64,000 nucleotides of DNA, taken from positions 211 through 64,210 of the forward strand of contig CAZCYQ010000014.1 in assembly GCA_964503085.1 (NCBI GenBank), read 5' to 3'. The stretch comes from an uncultured Rhodothermaceae bacterium. GTDB lineage: Bacteria; Bacteroidota; Rhodothermia; Rhodothermales; Bin80. A program made the translations under genes and the position numbers. Positions 39,389-49,793 of this stretch are shown piece by piece. The notes under the pieces are model-generated. The model searched no databases. It had not been told where the DNA came from and was given only the letters and a program-made list of their open reading frames with translations. How positions within the stretch are numbered: the first letter of the stretch is position 1; each line of letters opens with the position of its first letter.

Positions 39389-40055
39389 CTATGGTTGAAA
39401 TGTACCCTGATCAAGTAGCAGGTCTGCGATTACGGATTCCAATCTGGCAAGTCCGTGGCCCGCATCAGCCATTTTGAGAGCTGAATATTATTCTGGATGC
39501 CCATTCAAGCGTTCCGGCAAAATTGGTGCCCAGCAAGCCAGCATTGGGCATGGTTGCATATCACAAAGTAAGATGCTGCCCTAGCCGTCCTGCCATTTCC
39601 GTTTACGAATGGATGGATCCAGTTGATTCGCCAAAGAACGTATGCAGCCGATGAAATCGGAGTAAACTCTGACCACCAGCGATTGACGTGATTAACCATG
39701 TCGTCCATCAGTGGCGGAGCCCTGATGTGCATCGGTGGCTCATTATCCCCCCAGTCACTTCACACGGTCTGTATTGTCCTGCATACGCGTGTAGACAACT
39801 GATTGCATGGAAGTTTAGGGCCTTGATTACGGCTTGCGACAAAAAAGAGGTTCCTGATTGAATTGCCGCCTCAACCAAGTCCTCAATAAAGTCAAGCTGC
39901 CGTTGTCGGTTGGCCGCATCCAGTGTCCGATAAACAGGATGGGTTGCAGATGGGAATAATATAGCTAAGTCCGCGCGTTGAGTGGTAGAACCGACGGTTT
40001 TATTCCCAAAATGCCTGAAAATCTTCCTTCTAGGTCCATCTCGTCTACCATATCT
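39389..40055 (-). pseudogene. Fic/DOC-family (AMPylase-type) pseudogene, multiply disrupted
   Basis: The Fic motif 'IHPFVNGNGRTARAAS' is in the 75-aa ORF 39505-39732. The upstream part '...LNFHAISCLHAYAGQYRPCEV' is in a different frame, with the break at a C6/G6 run (39747-39752). The downstream part 'PILPERLNGHPE*YSALKMADAG...' is in a third frame with an in-frame TAA (39488-39490). No in-frame ATG at the 5' end. Outer coordinates are approximate. Confidence 0.7.
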
Positions 40056-40611
40056 TTAAAATTAGCTTCCGCTGAACTTTATCTATGGCCCCTACTACGG
40101 CCCAAATGGTTCGGAATAAGTGAAGCGGTGGATGCATTACAGTTCGGGCTCACGGGCCAGATCTAACAACTTATTGGCAGGGGAACTGGTAAATTGATGT
40201 TCAAAGAATTGGGGTATCCCCAGGCTTCATGGAGAATTATTATCTGGGATACAGGCAGATCCAACTTTCCGACCCTAGTAATCCGAGCAGCTAGTTTTGG
40301 GCGCACAAACGCGGTTGTAGGATTCCTGCCTCAACACATGGCTGGATTTCGCTAAACCAACTCTTCTTTCAACTACAAACTCGTTCCGCACTTTGAATCG
40401 GTCTACTGTATCTCCAGGAACTGACATGTGCCAGTTCACGACTGATGCCTAAGGCGTTGACGGAGAACCAAATAGTGTTTACCAATGCTAGGTGGTTGTC
40501 TTGTGCGGCAGGTAGAGATACGAGACACCCAGCAACGCGACTGCACGCAAGATTCGGAACCGCTAAAGACTGAAGTCTGTTTTACAAGCTTTGATATGGC
40601 ATCTCCCTGTG

Positions 40612-41805
40612 ATGGCTAAATCTCGGCATACATCATCCAAGTTCATTCCTGACCGTGGTCCCGCCAGATATTTTCACGGACGAAAAAAGATTCTGCGCAA
40701 TTTTAACGAACTTCTTCAATACGCGTCTGAAAAAACATGGGGGACGATCTTCCTTATCCAAGGTGCCCCAGGCGCGGGAAAAAGTGCTCTGCTTCATGAA
40801 TGTGAAAAATTGGCAGAAAGCAGTGGATGGAAAACATCAAGGATTCATGCGCCTGCTCTTTGGGATCTGGATGAACTGAGACAGTCCCTTGATTCAAGAA
40901 GAAAACTCAACGTTGAAGGTGGGGCGGCAAAGATTGCAATTCCAGGCATTGCAGAAGCGGGAGTCAGCGCGGAATTGCCTCCCCAGACCGTGAAGGGCCT
41001 ACTACAAAAAGGGAAAGCCCCATTGCTGCTTATCCTGGATGAAGCACAGGTGCTGGGAACGACCAACAAACCTTCTGGGGAGCAAGCCAAGATTGCGTCC
41101 AACGTACTTGATGTGGTCCACAACGGCACGCTAGGTCGGCCTGTGGTGTTGATAGCTGGTGGGTTGGGGACAACATTGAAATCCTTTGAAGAACTTGGAA
41201 TTTCGTGGTTTGCAGAGGATTGTTTTGTGGAACTAGGAGCGTTGAGCAGGAAATCTGAGCGTGCGGTGATCCAGGATTGGCTTAATAAGGAGGGAAGAGC
41301 CAAGGGAGATCCAACGGCATGGATTGATGCGATTGCGAAGGAAACGCAGGGGTGGCCCAGACATGTTCAATCTTATTCGAAACGTGCCGCAGATTATCTT
41401 GAAGCGAGGGACGGGACCATGACTGTCAATGGATTAAGAGCCGTACTGAAAGCGGGTCAAAAGGGTCGAGCGGTGTATTACAAGCAACGCGTAGATCGTT
41501 TTCGTGGAGATCAGATCCGGTGTCTGGCAATGTCCATGGCGGGTGTTCCCCAAGGAAAACCTGCTGAGTTTAAAGATATAATGTCTTTGCTGGTGAATGA
41601 GTATGGCGAAAGTAAGGCGAAAGAATTGTTTGATCGCTTTATAGAAAAGGGACTACTTGAGGAGAGCGGGATTGGATACGCTGTTCCTATCCCGTCCATG
41701 CATACATGGCTGACGGAAGAATATGCCTCCGAGAAAATAGAATTCCAACCAGACTCCCAGTCCGATCGGATCTCGAACAAACTGAACCGAGGGATGGAGC
41801 GCTAA
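40612..41805 (+). CDS. Orphan P-loop ATPase (AAA_16/AAA_22, ORC/Cdc6- or STAND-like), unknown function
   Basis: Walker A 'GAPGAGKSAL', Walker B 'LLLILDEAQ', helical C-terminal half. ATG at 40612; the track start at 40591 is TTG. Confidence 0.65.
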   Translation: MAKSRHTSSKFIPDRGPARYFHGRKKILRNFNELLQYASEKTWGTIFLIQGAPGAGKSALLHECEKLAESSGWKTSRIHAPALWDLDELRQSLDSRRKLNVEGGAAKIAIPGIAEAGVSAELPPQTVKGLLQKGKAPLLLILDEAQVLGTTNKPSGEQAKIASNVLDVVHNGTLGRPVVLIAGGLGTTLKSFEELGISWFAEDCFVELGALSRKSERAVIQDWLNKEGRAKGDPTAWIDAIAKETQGWPRHVQSYSKRAADYLEARDGTMTVNGLRAVLKAGQKGRAVYYKQRVDRFRGDQIRCLAMSMAGVPQGKPAEFKDIMSLLVNEYGESKAKELFDRFIEKGLLEESGIGYAVPIPSMHTWLTEEYASEKIEFQPDSQSDRISNKLNRGMER

Positions 41806-41907
41806 TTCAAGCGCGTCTCGGGGCCAAATTGATCCCTGTCCTTTATTGGTTCGTTAGGTCTCGGAATGACTGAAGTCCCCGTTCTTGAAACGAACAGGAA
41901 GCGAAGA

Positions 41908-44316
41908 CTACGCTGTTCGCGTTTTAGGCTTGCGGGAAGGAGACCTATGCAATGCCGTAGCTCGCCGTGCCGCGGATAGGAGGACCCCCCCACTCAGCAG
42001 GATAATGCCGATCCATACCAGACTGATTGCCGGTTTTTCCTGAGCCTGGACGATCACGTAGTCAGGTCCGGTTGCACCATCAAGCGTAAGCGTGATCTCT
42101 CCGGTGTCGACGTTCATATTTGTGAAGTAGTATCCAACCCCATCTGAGTGTGCAGGAATAGCGTTCACGCTGCGATCTGCTCGTATGGCGTAAATCGGTG
42201 TAATCTCTTCAATCAGGTTGGTGGTCATATTGGCTATCTGCAGCACTGCACCTACGGCAATCTCTAAACGGGCGGCTTCATCCTCGCTCATAACAGATTG
42301 GATATCCGGTGAAATATCGAAACCGGTGAAGGTGACCCGATATGCGCCATTGCCCACTAGGGTACTTTGTCCGCGGCGCAGGGTAATCTCATTGCCTGAA
42401 CTGTTGTCGTCCACCATAGCACGTGGGGTGACGGCGACAAAGATGTCCTTTTCGAAGTACAGTTTTAGATCAGGATGCTGAATCCATTGGCCCGTATTTG
42501 ATTCATAGGCTACGGGTTTGAGACGAAAGGATTGTCCGCCGGGATCCTTGAAGTCAAGCACAAAGCGTGTATGGCCCCGTTCGCCAGGTTCGGTGCCAGC
42601 ATAGGCCACCTCATATCCTGCAACAGAAACAACCTGACCTTGCTCAACGACAAAGTTATTTCGGTCACTACCTCGCGGTGCATCAGAAATCGCACGACTG
42701 AACCCCGAGGAGGCAATGATGCCGATAACCATAATGCCCAGTCCCACATGTGCGAGTGCCCCGCCAGCCAGTTTCAGGTTTCCTCGTCCAACGCGCCAAA
42801 GCACAGCGGCATTGCCGTAAAGTGCAAAAAATGACACGAAAAGAAGGAGCATTAATTGTATGCCGTATCCATGGCGCTGCCAGAAGCTCTCCCCTGAGGC
42901 GGCGGTTTCTGCTGCAAACGGTGTCAAGACCAACACAATACCAGTACTCACACTGGCGAGGAGCACCGGCCAAAGCAATACACGATTCACCTTCTGGACG
43001 TTCATCTTGGTCCACCAGAAAAGTTGTCCCAGTCCAGCCAGAAACAGGATACCAACCGTTAGCGGAAGCGTCCAGCTGTTGTAAAAATCAATGGGTACGG
43101 CTGCCGGGTTATTGCGGAACAGTTGTCCAAAAATCGGAGCACTTGTGCCCAGAATAACGACAGCCCCGACGACAGTCAGGAGTACGGACCCTGAGAATAC
43201 CAAAAACTCGCGTGAAAGAAAATGGGCTTCCTGCTGTGCGCTCGGAAGTTCACGGTAACGCCAGGCAAACAACCCGAAACCCAACAGACCCATTACTAGG
43301 ATCCAGATCAGGAGCTGGTTATACAGTCCAAGGTCGACGAAGGCATGCACGGAAGCATCTCCTAGTATGCCACTGCGGGTGAGAAAAGTGGAGTACACGA
43401 CCAGCATATAGGCTAGGATGGACAGGAAGAGTGCTGCTTTGTGTCCGATCCCTCCCTTGCGCTGAATGAGCATCAAGTGAATGGCAGCCACACCGATGAT
43501 CCACGGTACGAAAGAAGAATTCTCTACGGGATCCCAAGCCCAGTATCCGCCAAAATTAAGCGTTTCATAGGCCCAGTATCCGCCCATGGCAATCCCCACT
43601 CCCAGACACATAGCGCTGATAAGCGTCCAGGGAAGTGCAGGTCGGACCCATTGGACGTATTGTCGCTTCCACAGCGCAACCACAGCAAAAGCGAACGGTG
43701 CAATCATGGTGGTGAAGCCCACAAAAAGCATTGGCGGGTGGATCACCATCCAGTAGTTTTGCAATAGATCATTCAGGCCAGTGCCATCTGCAGGCACAAA
43801 GTCAGGGTTTGACTGGAAGATCGGGGCATCCGGATTGGCTTCTGCAATTGTGGCAAAGGGGGCGGCGCCGATTTCGACAGGGCCAAGCTTGATTCCTACA
43901 ATCATTGTGAGGAGAAAGACCTGGCAGAATGCTACGACGGCCATCACCGGCGCCTTGTAACCGGGTGCGGCCCAACGCAAAAGTGCAAACCCCATCAAGC
44001 AGTTCATGATAATCCAAAGCAGGAAGGATCCTTCCTGCCCCTCCCAACTGGCAGAGAACAGAAAATGAAAGGGCAGGTCCAGAGATGAATGAGCCCAAAC
44101 GTAGTTGTATTGGAACTGATGGGTCGCTATGAGAACGATAAGGAGGAGCCATGCACTGAAAAGACAGATTGTCATCACTCCCCAGAGCAGTTTGCCCAGG
44201 CGATAAAAGTCTACATCATCGTTCTTGAATTCTGCGGCACGGTAGAATGCGAAGACCGACAGAATGCAACTGACAAAAGCAGTCAGAATCAATAGATGTC
44301 CAATAATGCCTGACAT
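41908..44316 (-). CDS. ccmF: Heme lyase CcmF/NrfE-family cytochrome c biogenesis protein (long form)
   Basis: WWD heme-handling motif 'GGYWAWDPVENSSFVPW'. Many TM helices and a C-terminal periplasmic domain. 802 aa. Confidence 0.8.
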   Translation of the reverse strand: MSGIIGHLLILTAFVSCILSVFAFYRAAEFKNDDVDFYRLGKLLWGVMTICLFSAWLLLIVLIATHQFQYNYVWAHSSLDLPFHFLFSASWEGQEGSFLLWIIMNCLMGFALLRWAAPGYKAPVMAVVAFCQVFLLTMIVGIKLGPVEIGAAPFATIAEANPDAPIFQSNPDFVPADGTGLNDLLQNYWMVIHPPMLFVGFTTMIAPFAFAVVALWKRQYVQWVRPALPWTLISAMCLGVGIAMGGYWAYETLNFGGYWAWDPVENSSFVPWIIGVAAIHLMLIQRKGGIGHKAALFLSILAYMLVVYSTFLTRSGILGDASVHAFVDLGLYNQLLIWILVMGLLGFGLFAWRYRELPSAQQEAHFLSREFLVFSGSVLLTVVGAVVILGTSAPIFGQLFRNNPAAVPIDFYNSWTLPLTVGILFLAGLGQLFWWTKMNVQKVNRVLLWPVLLASVSTGIVLVLTPFAAETAASGESFWQRHGYGIQLMLLLFVSFFALYGNAAVLWRVGRGNLKLAGGALAHVGLGIMVIGIIASSGFSRAISDAPRGSDRNNFVVEQGQVVSVAGYEVAYAGTEPGERGHTRFVLDFKDPGGQSFRLKPVAYESNTGQWIQHPDLKLYFEKDIFVAVTPRAMVDDNSSGNEITLRRGQSTLVGNGAYRVTFTGFDISPDIQSVMSEDEAARLEIAVGAVLQIANMTTNLIEEITPIYAIRADRSVNAIPAHSDGVGYYFTNMNVDTGEITLTLDGATGPDYVIVQAQEKPAISLVWIGIILLSGGVLLSAARRATALHRSPSRKPKTRTA

Positions 44317-44322
44317 ATGCAG

Positions 44323-45792
44323 CTAGCCGCTACAGCGTGTAGAGAGATAGTCCAGTAAATCCTTGTGCAGACCTCCAAAGCCTCCGTTACTCATGATAAG
44401 GATAACATCATCGGGTCGGGCCTCCTGAAGCAGAGGCTCCATTAATTGGGGTACGGATGCAAAAGCGTGCGCTTCAGTGCCGGATTTACGGATATGATCA
44501 AGAACTACATCAATATTCATGAACCGTTCAGGAGCATCATTGTGCCGAAAGGAAGGCGAACAAAGATAAGCCACTTCGGCGTCCTTGAATGCTTCGCCAT
44601 ATGGAATTTCAAAAATTTTCCGTCGACTGGAATTGGAACGCGGCTCAAAGACTGCCAGGATCCGGCGATTAGGCCAGCGTTCGCCTGCTGCTTGAATCGT
44701 TGCACGTACAGCAGTTGGATGATGTGCAAAATCATCCACGACCAGAATACCGCCGGGTTCCCCAAGGACCTCCTGTCGCCGTTTAACTCCGGGAAAGGAT
44801 GCTAGACCGTGGGCGACCTCGTCTGCCGTTAATCCTTCATGCAGCGCCACGGTACTCGCTGCGAGGGCATTGCGGAGATTATGATGTCCATTCATTGGAA
44901 GGAACATAGTACCCAGATCTCGCCCACAATGCACCAGGTTGAATTGTACGCCATCTTCTGTTGCCTCAGTGATACGTCCAACCACATCATGCTTGTCGCT
45001 AAGTCCATACGTGAGTACAGGAGCACGACTAGAGAGTCGGGCCGCAGCAGGATCATCTCCACAGACGACTAGCAATCCGTCCGCAGGTACCAGGTCTGCA
45101 AAGGCAATGAACGCTTCCTGATATTCATCCCACGATGCGTAGATGTCGGCGTGGTCAAACTCCATAGAAGTCACAATGGCAACCTGCGGCGCATAGTGCA
45201 AGAATTTGGGCTGCTTGTCAAAATAGGCGCTGTCGTACTCATCGCCCTCTACGACAAACTGCGGTCCAGTACCAATGGAATAGCTTTTTTCGAGTCCCCG
45301 GAGAACGCCTCCAACCAGAAACCCTGGGTTGCGGCCGGCCGAGTACAGCAAGTGTACCAGAAGCCCCGTTGTTGTTGTTTTTCCATGCGTCCCGGCAACC
45401 ACTAGACTCCGGCGCTTAAGCAGAAAAAAATGACGTAAAGCCTCCGGCAACGAAAGCTGGGGCAGAGACTGCTCCCGTGCTACTGTTGCTTCAACATGTG
45501 TCGGCGTACATGCATTGCCGGTGATAACCAGATCAGGTGTAGGGGCGAGGTTCTCCACCGTGTACCCGTTGTGTACAGATATGCCTTGTTTTTCTAGGAA
45601 AGTACTCATCGGTGGATACACATTGCTGTCGGATCCACGCACTGCGTACCCCGCCTCTTTGAGGAGTCCTGCGAGGGCGCCCATGCCCGTACCACAGATA
45701 CCAATCAGGTATATGTCGCGTGTATGGGGTTTAGGCGGGGGTCTTTCAAAGATTCGCAGATTCGCATCAGCGAAATCCCCCAGATTTCTCAT
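44323..45792 (-). CDS. mpl: UDP-N-acetylmuramate:L-alanyl-gamma-D-glutamyl-meso-DAP ligase (murein peptide ligase)
   Basis: 'GICGTGMGALAGLL', Mpl-typical 'SDSNVYPPMS..LEKQGI', Mur-ligase P-loop 'GTHGKTTTT'. 4-nt overlap with the RND gene stop. Confidence 0.8.
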   Translation of the reverse strand: MRNLGDFADANLRIFERPPPKPHTRDIYLIGICGTGMGALAGLLKEAGYAVRGSDSNVYPPMSTFLEKQGISVHNGYTVENLAPTPDLVITGNACTPTHVEATVAREQSLPQLSLPEALRHFFLLKRRSLVVAGTHGKTTTTGLLVHLLYSAGRNPGFLVGGVLRGLEKSYSIGTGPQFVVEGDEYDSAYFDKQPKFLHYAPQVAIVTSMEFDHADIYASWDEYQEAFIAFADLVPADGLLVVCGDDPAAARLSSRAPVLTYGLSDKHDVVGRITEATEDGVQFNLVHCGRDLGTMFLPMNGHHNLRNALAASTVALHEGLTADEVAHGLASFPGVKRRQEVLGEPGGILVVDDFAHHPTAVRATIQAAGERWPNRRILAVFEPRSNSSRRKIFEIPYGEAFKDAEVAYLCSPSFRHNDAPERFMNIDVVLDHIRKSGTEAHAFASVPQLMEPLLQEARPDDVILIMSNGGFGGLHKDLLDYLSTRCSG

Positions 45793-48700
45793 TCGGTTGG
45801 CACTGACATTGAGGCACTCCTACTGGCTCGAAGATGCATAAGCAGCGAGTCGAAAGCGGAATACATGACTGGTACAATGACCAGGGTAAGGAACGTTGCA
45901 AAGGTAAGTCCACTGATGATCGCAGTCCCCATGGGCCCCCAGAACTGTGTGTTTTCTGATCCAAACTGAATATTGGGGGCTAGATCCGAGAATAGACCGA
46001 CAAAATCTACGTTGAGTCCGAAAGTGAGTGGTACAAGTCCGATCACCGTAGTTAAAAAGGTTAGCAGTACGGGACGCAGACGCGTAGCGCCACCATCTAT
46101 GATCGCTTCTACTTTACTCAGCCCGCGATCACGCAACTGACGGATATAATCTATCAGCACAATGTTATTGTTAACAACGATTCCAGCCAGACTGATGACC
46201 CCGATAAAGGTCATCAGACCGAAGGGGGTGCGTGTTAGAATCAGGCCAAGAAGTACGCCAATGAGTCCCAATGCCACCGCCAACATGATAATTATGGGGA
46301 CAATGACACTGTTGAACTGAGCAATCAGGATCAGGGTGATTGCGGCAACCCCGATGGCCATTGCGGTTTGCAAGAATCCAAAAGCCTCTGCCTGATCCTC
46401 GCTCTCGCCCGTATAGGTCAACTGGTACCCCAAGGGCAGGGAATCTCGATAGTCCCCTAAATGTGCCTGGACCTGCTGTAACACAGCAGCCCCGTTGGCC
46501 CCGGCAACAACATCGCCGGTAATGGTAGCAACCCGGCTCAGATCAAGCCGTGTGATTGATCCATAGCCGCTGGCAGTTTCAAAATCTGCAATTGCGGACA
46601 AGGGGATCTGAGCTCCTTCATGCAGAACAGTCAGTTGGTTGAGCGCTTCCAGGCTTGCACGTTGTTCCTCGCCCAAGCGCACAGTAACATCGTATTCCTC
46701 ATCCCCGAAGCGATATTTTGTAGCTTCGCTGCCTTGAACGGCTGAACGGACTACGTTGCTGATTTTACGCGTATCAAGCCCCAGGCGAGCGGCTCTTTCC
46801 CGATCAATCAGAATGCGGACCTCTGGGCGGCCGGTGTTTAGGTTGTTATTAAGATCCACGAGATCCGGGATCGTACCGTCTGCGGCTGCCTGCTGCAAAG
46901 AAGCCGTGACTTCCTCGGTGATACGCGTTATTTCAGTAAAATCCTGTCCGGTGATTTCAATGTTGACGGGTTTGCCCACTGGTGGGCCGGCGTTGTCTTT
47001 ATTGATTTCGAAGGTCACTCCGGGAATTCCCTGCAGAGACTCGCGTAACCGTTGGAGCGTATTTCGACTCGACTCGGGTCGATCACCATAATCAACTACG
47101 TTCAGCGTGAGAAGGGCCCTTTCGGGGCTGCCGGGGCCGCCTCCTGTAAGCCCATCTCCTCCGCTGCCGGTGCCAACATTCACGAGCATGTTTTTGATGT
47201 TGTCACGGTCGTTGTTGTTGTTGTTCAAAAGATCCTCAACCCTCGACTGCGTAATGTTGGCAACATTGTTTGTCTCATCTAGGTGCGTTCCCAACGGCAG
47301 TTCCATATCAACGGTAATGAAAGTGGGGTCCGTGTCAGGGAAGAACTCCACGCCGGTCGGAGCAGCTCCAAATAGCCCAATAATAGCCACGAAACCGCCC
47401 GTTACCCCTATAAGAAGTCTTGAACGGTTGTCTGTTAACAAGATTCGGGTTCGATACTTCAGCAGCTTTCCGTTCATGAAGTATCCCAGTGCCCCAATAG
47501 CCATGACGATCGCGGGTAGGCAGAGCAGGATCAGGATCGTCTGAAATTCTGCCCCGCGAATAAGTGACATTAGGCCCAGAATAGTCGAAGACAGCAGAGC
47601 AAAGAAACCACCTGCCTTGATACTTTGGAGTCCACCCAGATAGATGATTTCACAGCCATGCAGGAGAACCATCACAAGTCCCATCACCATCAATATGCCC
47701 GCGGGATAAAGAAGGACGGTTCCAGCAGCCGCATTGGCAAAGGACATTACTAGTCCGCCCAGAACTAAGAGGAGGAAACCCAGAGCTAAACAGGCAAGGC
47801 AGAAGGAATTTCGCAGATAAGGGTTGGGAGTGCGGAAGACCGCGATAATTGCAAGCACAACGGATGCCAGTCCAAGGAAGATTGCGACTCCAAAAAATGG
47901 TGAGGGCCCTTCTGGCGTAGCCATAAATATGGAGACCACAGCGGTAATTAGCCCCGCAAGATAGGTCAGCGCCACACCAGACCAAAGTCGTTTGCGTGCG
48001 AAGGCAGGAGATCGGACCTCATACTCACGCTGCAGTTGTGCGTCCAGAAACTTACGGTACCAACTAATGAGCCTAGGCATGCCCTTGGCGACGAAGCCCT
48101 TGGCGACAGGGTTGAAGCAGAAGCGGTGCAGTGTCATGAGCACTGGTATCGCAAGCGAGAGTACCACGAGGGTTTGCCAGTTGGTAAGTCCGATAATCAG
48201 CGCGATACCGGCGAAAAACACAAACAAACCAATCCGCAGGACGGCGGAATAACGCTTTTTCGGGTCGGTGTCTAGGCGAACGAAGTACCCCGTTATGACA
48301 GGGTTTATGATTATGGCAACAAAGAGCGAGCAGGTCAGCGTAATGATGAGCGTCATAGGGAGGTATCCCATAAACTCCCCTGTGATGCCGGGCCAAAACA
48401 TCATTGGAATGAATACTGCTACAGTTGTTGCAGTTGATGCCACGACGGCGGAGCCTACTTCGGCGGTTCCACGCTTGGCGGCCTCAAATCTGGAGTAACC
48501 CAGTTCCTTGTACCGATAAATGTTCTCAACAATTACTACGGCATTATCAACCAGCATGCCGAGTGCAATGATCAGCGAGAAGAGGATCACAAAGTTTAAC
48601 TCCTGCCCCAGTATCTGAAGCGTGAGAAAGGAGAGGAACATGGAGAGCGGAATAGCAATCCCCACCAGTGTTGCTGTACGGACACCTAGGAAGAACAATA

Positions 48701-49784
48701 GCACCAGAACCACAAAAATCAATCCACTGATAATGTTGTTCTCAAGGTCGGTTACGAGCTGTCCGACCTGCTCACTTTGGTCGCCGGTAATCAGAATTTG
48801 TAATCCGCGAGGGAAGGGGAACTCACCAAGGACGGCTTGAATGTCGTCAGCTGTATCAAGGATGTTTGCTCCACTGCGCTTCTTGACATTGAGCGTAATG
48901 ACGGGATACATCCCTGATTCAGCTAATCTGACCAGACGATTTCCCCGTTCCTCCTGCATGAGCTGCAGTCTCGCGTAAGTGGACCGTTCCTTGAAGCCGA
49001 AGTCGACCTCAGCCACATCACCTACGTACACGGGAAATCCCCCTGGGCTTTCGATCACCAAATCATTGATTTCCCGCTCAATTTCCCGGAATTCTCCGTC
49101 AATGCGCAGGATGTAGTTTTGGCGATCAACTCTGATCGTTCCTCCCGGTGTATTGGAGTTCTCGGCGTTGATGGTTTCAATGAGATCGGTGAACGTGAGC
49201 CCATATCCCTGTAGTGCACGGATATCTACATTCACCTGAACCTCTCGCTCGAGTGCGCCAATGACCTGTACTTCCAGGACATCGGGGCTCTTTTCAATCT
49301 CGTCCGCCAGATCCTCTGCGATATCTTTGAGTTCGGTAAGTGTGAACGCTCCCCCCAGATTGATACTCATGATGGGGATATCTTCGACATCGAATTCACT
49401 GACGATGGGTTCCTCAATATCACCGGGCAGTCGTGGTTTTGCCAGTTGTACTTTATCTCGAACTCGCTGGTAAGCGAGGTCAAGTGACACATCAGGATTG
49501 AATTCCACGATGATTGTGGAAACTCCCTGCACGGAGGAGGATCGAATTTCCTTGATCCCAGATACGGACTGGACTTCCTCTTCCACGATCCGGGTAATCA
49601 GGGATTCGATGTCGCTGGGGCTGGCTCCCGGATAAACAGAAGTGATAATAATAGTTGGTATCTCGATGGAAGGAAAGGCTTCCTTCGAAATCGTCAAGTA
49701 GCTGACCAGCCCCCCCACCGTAAGCATCAAGGTCAAAATTGCAACACTCGGGCGGTACTTGATCGCAATCTCAGTGATTTTCAT
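45789..49784 (-). CDS. RND efflux transporter permease (AcrB/HAE family), unusually long at 1331 aa
   Basis: N-terminal 'AIKYRPSVAILTLMLTVGG', two large periplasmic-loop regions, conserved TM4-like 'ALGMLVDNAVVIVEN'. Extra hydrophobic block between about aa 510 and 790. Confidence 0.9.
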   Translation of the reverse strand: MKITEIAIKYRPSVAILTLMLTVGGLVSYLTISKEAFPSIEIPTIIITSVYPGASPSDIESLITRIVEEEVQSVSGIKEIRSSSVQGVSTIIVEFNPDVSLDLAYQRVRDKVQLAKPRLPGDIEEPIVSEFDVEDIPIMSINLGGAFTLTELKDIAEDLADEIEKSPDVLEVQVIGALEREVQVNVDIRALQGYGLTFTDLIETINAENSNTPGGTIRVDRQNYILRIDGEFREIEREINDLVIESPGGFPVYVGDVAEVDFGFKERSTYARLQLMQEERGNRLVRLAESGMYPVITLNVKKRSGANILDTADDIQAVLGEFPFPRGLQILITGDQSEQVGQLVTDLENNIISGLIFVVLVLLFFLGVRTATLVGIAIPLSMFLSFLTLQILGQELNFVILFSLIIALGMLVDNAVVIVENIYRYKELGYSRFEAAKRGTAEVGSAVVASTATTVAVFIPMMFWPGITGEFMGYLPMTLIITLTCSLFVAIIINPVITGYFVRLDTDPKKRYSAVLRIGLFVFFAGIALIIGLTNWQTLVVLSLAIPVLMTLHRFCFNPVAKGFVAKGMPRLISWYRKFLDAQLQREYEVRSPAFARKRLWSGVALTYLAGLITAVVSIFMATPEGPSPFFGVAIFLGLASVVLAIIAVFRTPNPYLRNSFCLACLALGFLLLVLGGLVMSFANAAAGTVLLYPAGILMVMGLVMVLLHGCEIIYLGGLQSIKAGGFFALLSSTILGLMSLIRGAEFQTILILLCLPAIVMAIGALGYFMNGKLLKYRTRILLTDNRSRLLIGVTGGFVAIIGLFGAAPTGVEFFPDTDPTFITVDMELPLGTHLDETNNVANITQSRVEDLLNNNNNDRDNIKNMLVNVGTGSGGDGLTGGGPGSPERALLTLNVVDYGDRPESSRNTLQRLRESLQGIPGVTFEINKDNAGPPVGKPVNIEITGQDFTEITRITEEVTASLQQAAADGTIPDLVDLNNNLNTGRPEVRILIDRERAARLGLDTRKISNVVRSAVQGSEATKYRFGDEEYDVTVRLGEEQRASLEALNQLTVLHEGAQIPLSAIADFETASGYGSITRLDLSRVATITGDVVAGANGAAVLQQVQAHLGDYRDSLPLGYQLTYTGESEDQAEAFGFLQTAMAIGVAAITLILIAQFNSVIVPIIIMLAVALGLIGVLLGLILTRTPFGLMTFIGVISLAGIVVNNNIVLIDYIRQLRDRGLSKVEAIIDGGATRLRPVLLTFLTTVIGLVPLTFGLNVDFVGLFSDLAPNIQFGSENTQFWGPMGTAIISGLTFATFLTLVIVPVMYSAFDSLLMHLRASRSASMSVPTE

Positions 49785-49793
49785 TATAGCCGA

